From: Balanoglossus misakiensis
Taxonomy: Eukaryota > Animalia > Hemichordata
Assembly (NCBI GenBank): GCA_040954595.2
Contig: CM082591.2
Span: forward strand, 4,449,957 to 4,513,956
Direction of reading: 5' to 3'
DNA length: 64,000 nt
Shown here: positions 59,608 to 64,000 of the stretch, piece after piece
Layout: every line of letters begins with the position of its first letter
Position numbering within the stretch: the stretch's first letter is position 1
Position numbers and translations under genes: made by a program
Notes under the pieces: generated by a model
Seen by the model: only the letters and a program-made list of their open reading frames with translations
The model's database searches: none
What the model was told of the DNA's origin: nothing

Positions 59608-61061
59608 CATGGTATTTGTCGAAATCGTCAGATCTGTCATCCCACCAGTTTTGGTGTTTGGTGAAATTCTGTTGTTTGACCTACATCTCTTGGCTTGATC
59701 ACCTGCCCTCTGTGGATTCCGCCACAACCAGGCCTGTTTGACCAGTTAAATATCAATTTAACATCGTTCCATTGTAAATCAGTCCAGTGAAGCACTTCGA
59801 AAAGATTACGGCACAGTCTCGTGTGAAAATTTTATTGGACAATTTTGGAACAATGAAACAGACCTTTGAAAATGAGGTTTGCACACACAGCGCAGGCATG
59901 ACTAATAAAAAAGTCAGATTATAAAGATTGATATGGTGATGTGGACATTGACAATTGTATCCTATCTACGGAATTATCAGTACATCTTACTGTTCGCTAT
60001 CGCTATCGTAACTGGTAAACTAGAAGTGCCATATCTCTGAGCTTCTGTCAGGTGCGGTGATTGATGCAAAAATAATGAATCATATTCGCACTTGTATGTA
60101 TACATAATGCACACTGAGTACGTATAGCATACTTTGTAACTTTGTACCTGCAAGTTTTGTTGATTTCATGACTGTCACGGGTGAAAACAACTTAATAAGT
60201 TCTGTTTGGGCATGTTGTGGGCAGAATTGATCACACTACACGTACGGGTACCTGTTTACGGTAGAGAAGAATCCTTTGAAGACAAAGGAGTGAATCTGTA
60301 ACATGATAGCTGCTTGTATTGCAAGGTGCTTTCACGGCCAAGTTAACTGGTGTAAACAAGCGTTTTGTAGGCGAAATTTAGTCATACCTCATTACGTCTT
60401 GTGATGTGTACGAACTACGGAGGGCCTGTGTAACGTATGGCGTGGTGGGATCGGGTCCTCTTGTCTGTATGTGGGTCAGTGTAAAGTAACTTAGAAAGAA
60501 GGGCTCTCATAGGTTGTATTTTTATGTCTGCACCAGCATGACAAATGAACTGGCCTATCAGAAGCGGCCTTACAAAGGTAATTTAATTTTTAAAAGTGTG
60601 ACTTCCTGTATTTGATTAAAAGTCCATTATCTGTAACTTTTGGCTTTTTTTCAGTATTTTTTAATTTTTTTTTCAGTGTACATGTATGAATGATGGTTTT
60701 GTGATTGGCTAGCTGAAGCAGGGTTAAAAATCAAGACAGTACAACCTTAATGCAGTACAGACTGACTTAGTTGCGTCAAAGTGTCTACCTATTGATAATA
60801 CAGGCATTGTTAAACACCAGTCTACATAAAAGACGTTACATCCTTAATGCTTCACTGGATGAAAACATGATCACACATGTTAACAGTTTGTACCACACGT
60901 GTTAAAGATGTACACCCCCAGAACAGCCGGTACGATCGAGGAAATGCAGGTGTCCACATAAAATTTTATTTGTGGTTTCACATAAATTATAGCATGAAAA
61001 ATAATGACGATCACAAGGTCTATTGTGAAACTAAGAAGAAAGCAGTGTTTGAGAAATCGAC

Positions 61062-61154
61062 TTAACCCTTTCACCCCCAGTTCCATCTATAGAGGTCCAA
61101 CTTTACCATAGAAAACAATGGGTTTGGACTGCGCCATGGTGCTGAAAGGGTTAA
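61062..61154 (+). mobile_element. 93-bp piggyBac-like MITE copy
   Basis: TTAACCCTTTCACCCCCAG ... GAAAGGGTTAA; closely similar to 32141-32233. Confidence 0.85.
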
Positions 61155-63392
61155 CTACCTACAAAGTTGTAAATTATTTCACCGTTATTCCCAACAGCAA
61201 ATTAGATATTTCCCATGACATCATCTCACAGTTATTTGGCCGGGTGTCAGTTTTTTCTTTTCAGTCGTTTTTTTTCTGCGCAGACAGTTTATTTTGGCTC
61301 CTGTATTTGCCTTGAAACATTGTCGCAGTCCTACCACTATTGTTGCCCGCACCAAAGCTGGGGATATCAGACTTCAAAGATTTCAAAAGATCTCTTTTAG
61401 TTCTCTGTTGTGGGTTTGGAATTGTCCCTGTATCGCCCTATGGCCAGCTTACCGGTAACTCCTCAACAAATATTTTGTGTTTTCCTTCAGAAACTTGGAC
61501 TGCAGTTGAAATTTTGTCACATTTCACTTCGAATCGGTGTTACCTTTGAACTTTCAGTTGCATATGCATTATTAGCATGCACGTAGACCTGCAATATCAC
61601 CAATCAAGCTTGCAGAGTTCCCTACGAGGAAATATTTTTTGCCTGTTATAACTCACCCAATCTATGCTGTATTTAGTTCATATATGAATGCAGTCATTTT
61701 TGGCAATTCAAAAATTGTCTTCAAAATCTTTTTTTAGTATACTGTTCAATTTTTTGCCTTAGTCTAGTTTTCCAGAGTTGAGCAACCATATTGAATTTCA
61801 AATATTTTAGATAATTGGTTCTCGCCTACAAGGAAATTGCCAGCATGCACAAGTTTTTTTCATTTGATTAAAGAAAGAGCATGAAAAAGTGTCTGTGAGT
61901 TTGTTCAATTGATTTTAAAATTATGTAAAAAAAGCTTTCTGTAGAATAATAAGGCAATGCAAGACTGATTTCCAAAAGTACAGTGCACGTACAGCCATGA
62001 TGCTCAAAGTACTCCTGCATCTCTTAATTCATTCATGAGTTCGACTTCCATAAACGCTAATTCATCAGGAATGCACTTTCCATTCCTCACACCGCTGGAA
62101 GCTCAAATCTCCCCGGCAACGGGACAGCCTTGGCAGCCGCCTGACTGGATGACTCCATGACTGAATATGCAAATAGTGCAATGTCATGTGACCCCTGGCA
62201 ACCCAATCAGCAGGTGGCATTTCTGTACCTGATATTTTGCATGCATACAAGAATCCATTTTCTGCACATGCATTTATCGAAAAAAATTTCACAATGTGTC
62301 GTGATGGTCTAAAATAATATGGCGATTCCACACATGAAGTTATATGCATTTAAATGTTACCAAAAAATGACAAGAAAATGAAAAAAAATTATGTGTAGAG
62401 AGAAAATGAAGAGAACCAAAAAAAGATATATGCAAACTTATCATGTTGCAATACGAAGATAAATGTAATGTCTGCTGCTGGTACAAAAATGGTTACTCTG
62501 ACAATTTAGGAGTGTAGTCTGTTCTACTGGAGGCATCGCGATGACAGAAGACCCCCACTTTCTCTCGGGTCCAAAGATCTCACCATACAAGGCAGAAGTA
62601 TGCAGCGAAGGTCACCGAAAACACAGATCTGTTTGGATTAAAACCCGGTGTCAGACACACTGTGTATGTTATCGGGAGTGAGGAGTTGAACATCTGGTGT
62701 GTGTGACCCACACGCACGCACACACGCTTTGTATTTATAGGTTTCCTGTAGTAAACGAAACCCCCCAAAAGATCATCGCGGACATTCCTTGAGTGGAGAC
62801 TACTGTAATGTGATTAAACGTTGATATGTCTCGGACTCGAGTTGTTTCCTGAATTTTGTGTCTCTGTGTCTGGTAAATAATGTGTGAATAAAACATCGGC
62901 TGTTACGGGTTTCAAATGCGGATAAGCCACGTTTTCTTGGCCTCCGCGTGAGCGCGAATGGTTTCATGAAGTTAAGTGCGGTTTGATCAATAATGATGTC
63001 ATGCCGCAGGAATGAATTTATTAGTTTAATTGATTCCAACTGTCTTGCGGTTGTCATTGTTTCGCCATTCTAGTACAGAGGTCATTGTGTCAGTTTTCTG
63101 AAGTCTGCATGTGATGGCTGTCTGACTATTGGCCATTTCTGTGACCCCAAATGACCCTAAATATACATCCTGGTATTTCTGATTGTATGTAGTGTTTGAA
63201 ATTTTGGTGCAAGGAAAATGGCAAAGTTTGGTTTGAAAATGACTTACAGTGGTAACTTGTAACGGAATTCACCAAATGTGATTCATTAAGATTTACATCA
63301 AAATGGTGGATTCCTGCCAATGAAAGTGCCAGGATGTGTAGGGGTCATACGGGGGTCATGCAAATTGTACTGCATGCAAACAGTATAGTGTT

Positions 63393-63418
63393 ATCAATCA
63401 ATCAATCAATCAATCAAT
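63393..63418 (+). repeat. (ATCA)n microsatellite
   Basis: Directly visible. Confidence 0.85.
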
Positions 63419-63698
63419 AATTGAGCATGGTTCTTGTGACGTATTCCACAGTACACGCAACTGCAGTGTGTGTTTGTGTGTGGCCACCTGTCAAACGCTT
63501 CATTCTGCAGACCTAGAAACCAGCTCTGTCATTAGTCACGTTGATGCACTAAGACAGTCTGCTTCTGTGTTGAACACAGAACCAGTACTTCACGCAGTCG
63601 CATCAAGCAAACACATGTTACCCTGTCATGGAAGTGTTTCTGACTCTGAATCAAGCCGTGTTGTGATGGATGGCATTCTCTGACAGGCCTCACCTCTA

Positions 63699-63792
63699 TT
63701 AACCCTCCCGCCGCCAAACTTGGTTCGAGCCTGTCCTTTCCAGGTGGGGGTGGTTGGCCCCACACACAGAGAAATGGGGGGTGAAAGGGTAA
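63699..63792 (-). mobile_element. Diverged relative of the piggyBac-like MITE
   Basis: TTAACCCT ... GGGGGGTGAAAGGGTAA, about the same length as the other copies. Confidence 0.5.
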
Positions 63793-64000
63793 TGTTGTTC
63801 AGTGTACTTTTCTAACACCTATTCATAGGTGCGAAAGCCCATAATGGAAATTCTCACAGGGTGCACGGTACTTTTAATAGAAAGTAATATTGCTTAGAGG
63901 TGATACGGTCTGGTGCATTGAAATTAAAATTCTCCTAAAATGTTCCAGACAATTAAAATTCCGATGATATGAATACTTTAATGCCATCCTCCATGATGTA

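Overview
Gene-dense eukaryotic (metazoan invertebrate) genomic DNA with spliceosomal introns. An Amt-type ammonium transporter and a sea-urchin-like SLC9C1 suggest a marine invertebrate, possibly a deuterostome; that assignment is inference. Gene order: intronless TMEM45 (-); AMT (+) with two duplicated alternative first exons; an orphan coiled-coil protein with a C-terminal KASH-like domain (-, one GC-AG intron) head-to-head with the voltage/cAMP-gated sperm Na+/H+ exchanger SLC9C1 (+); XRCC6/Ku70 (-) head-to-head with M1AP (+); DDB1 (-, one AT-AC U12 intron) head-to-head with the first coding exon of liprin-alpha (+), whose intron fills the rest of the window. Non-coding DNA carries several short TTAA- and TA-flanked MITEs, minisatellites and microsatellites. 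Best novelty candidates: the unassigned KASH protein within a germline/DNA-repair gene neighbourhood, and the duplicated-exon N-terminal switch in AMT. All exon models were read by eye, with no database search.
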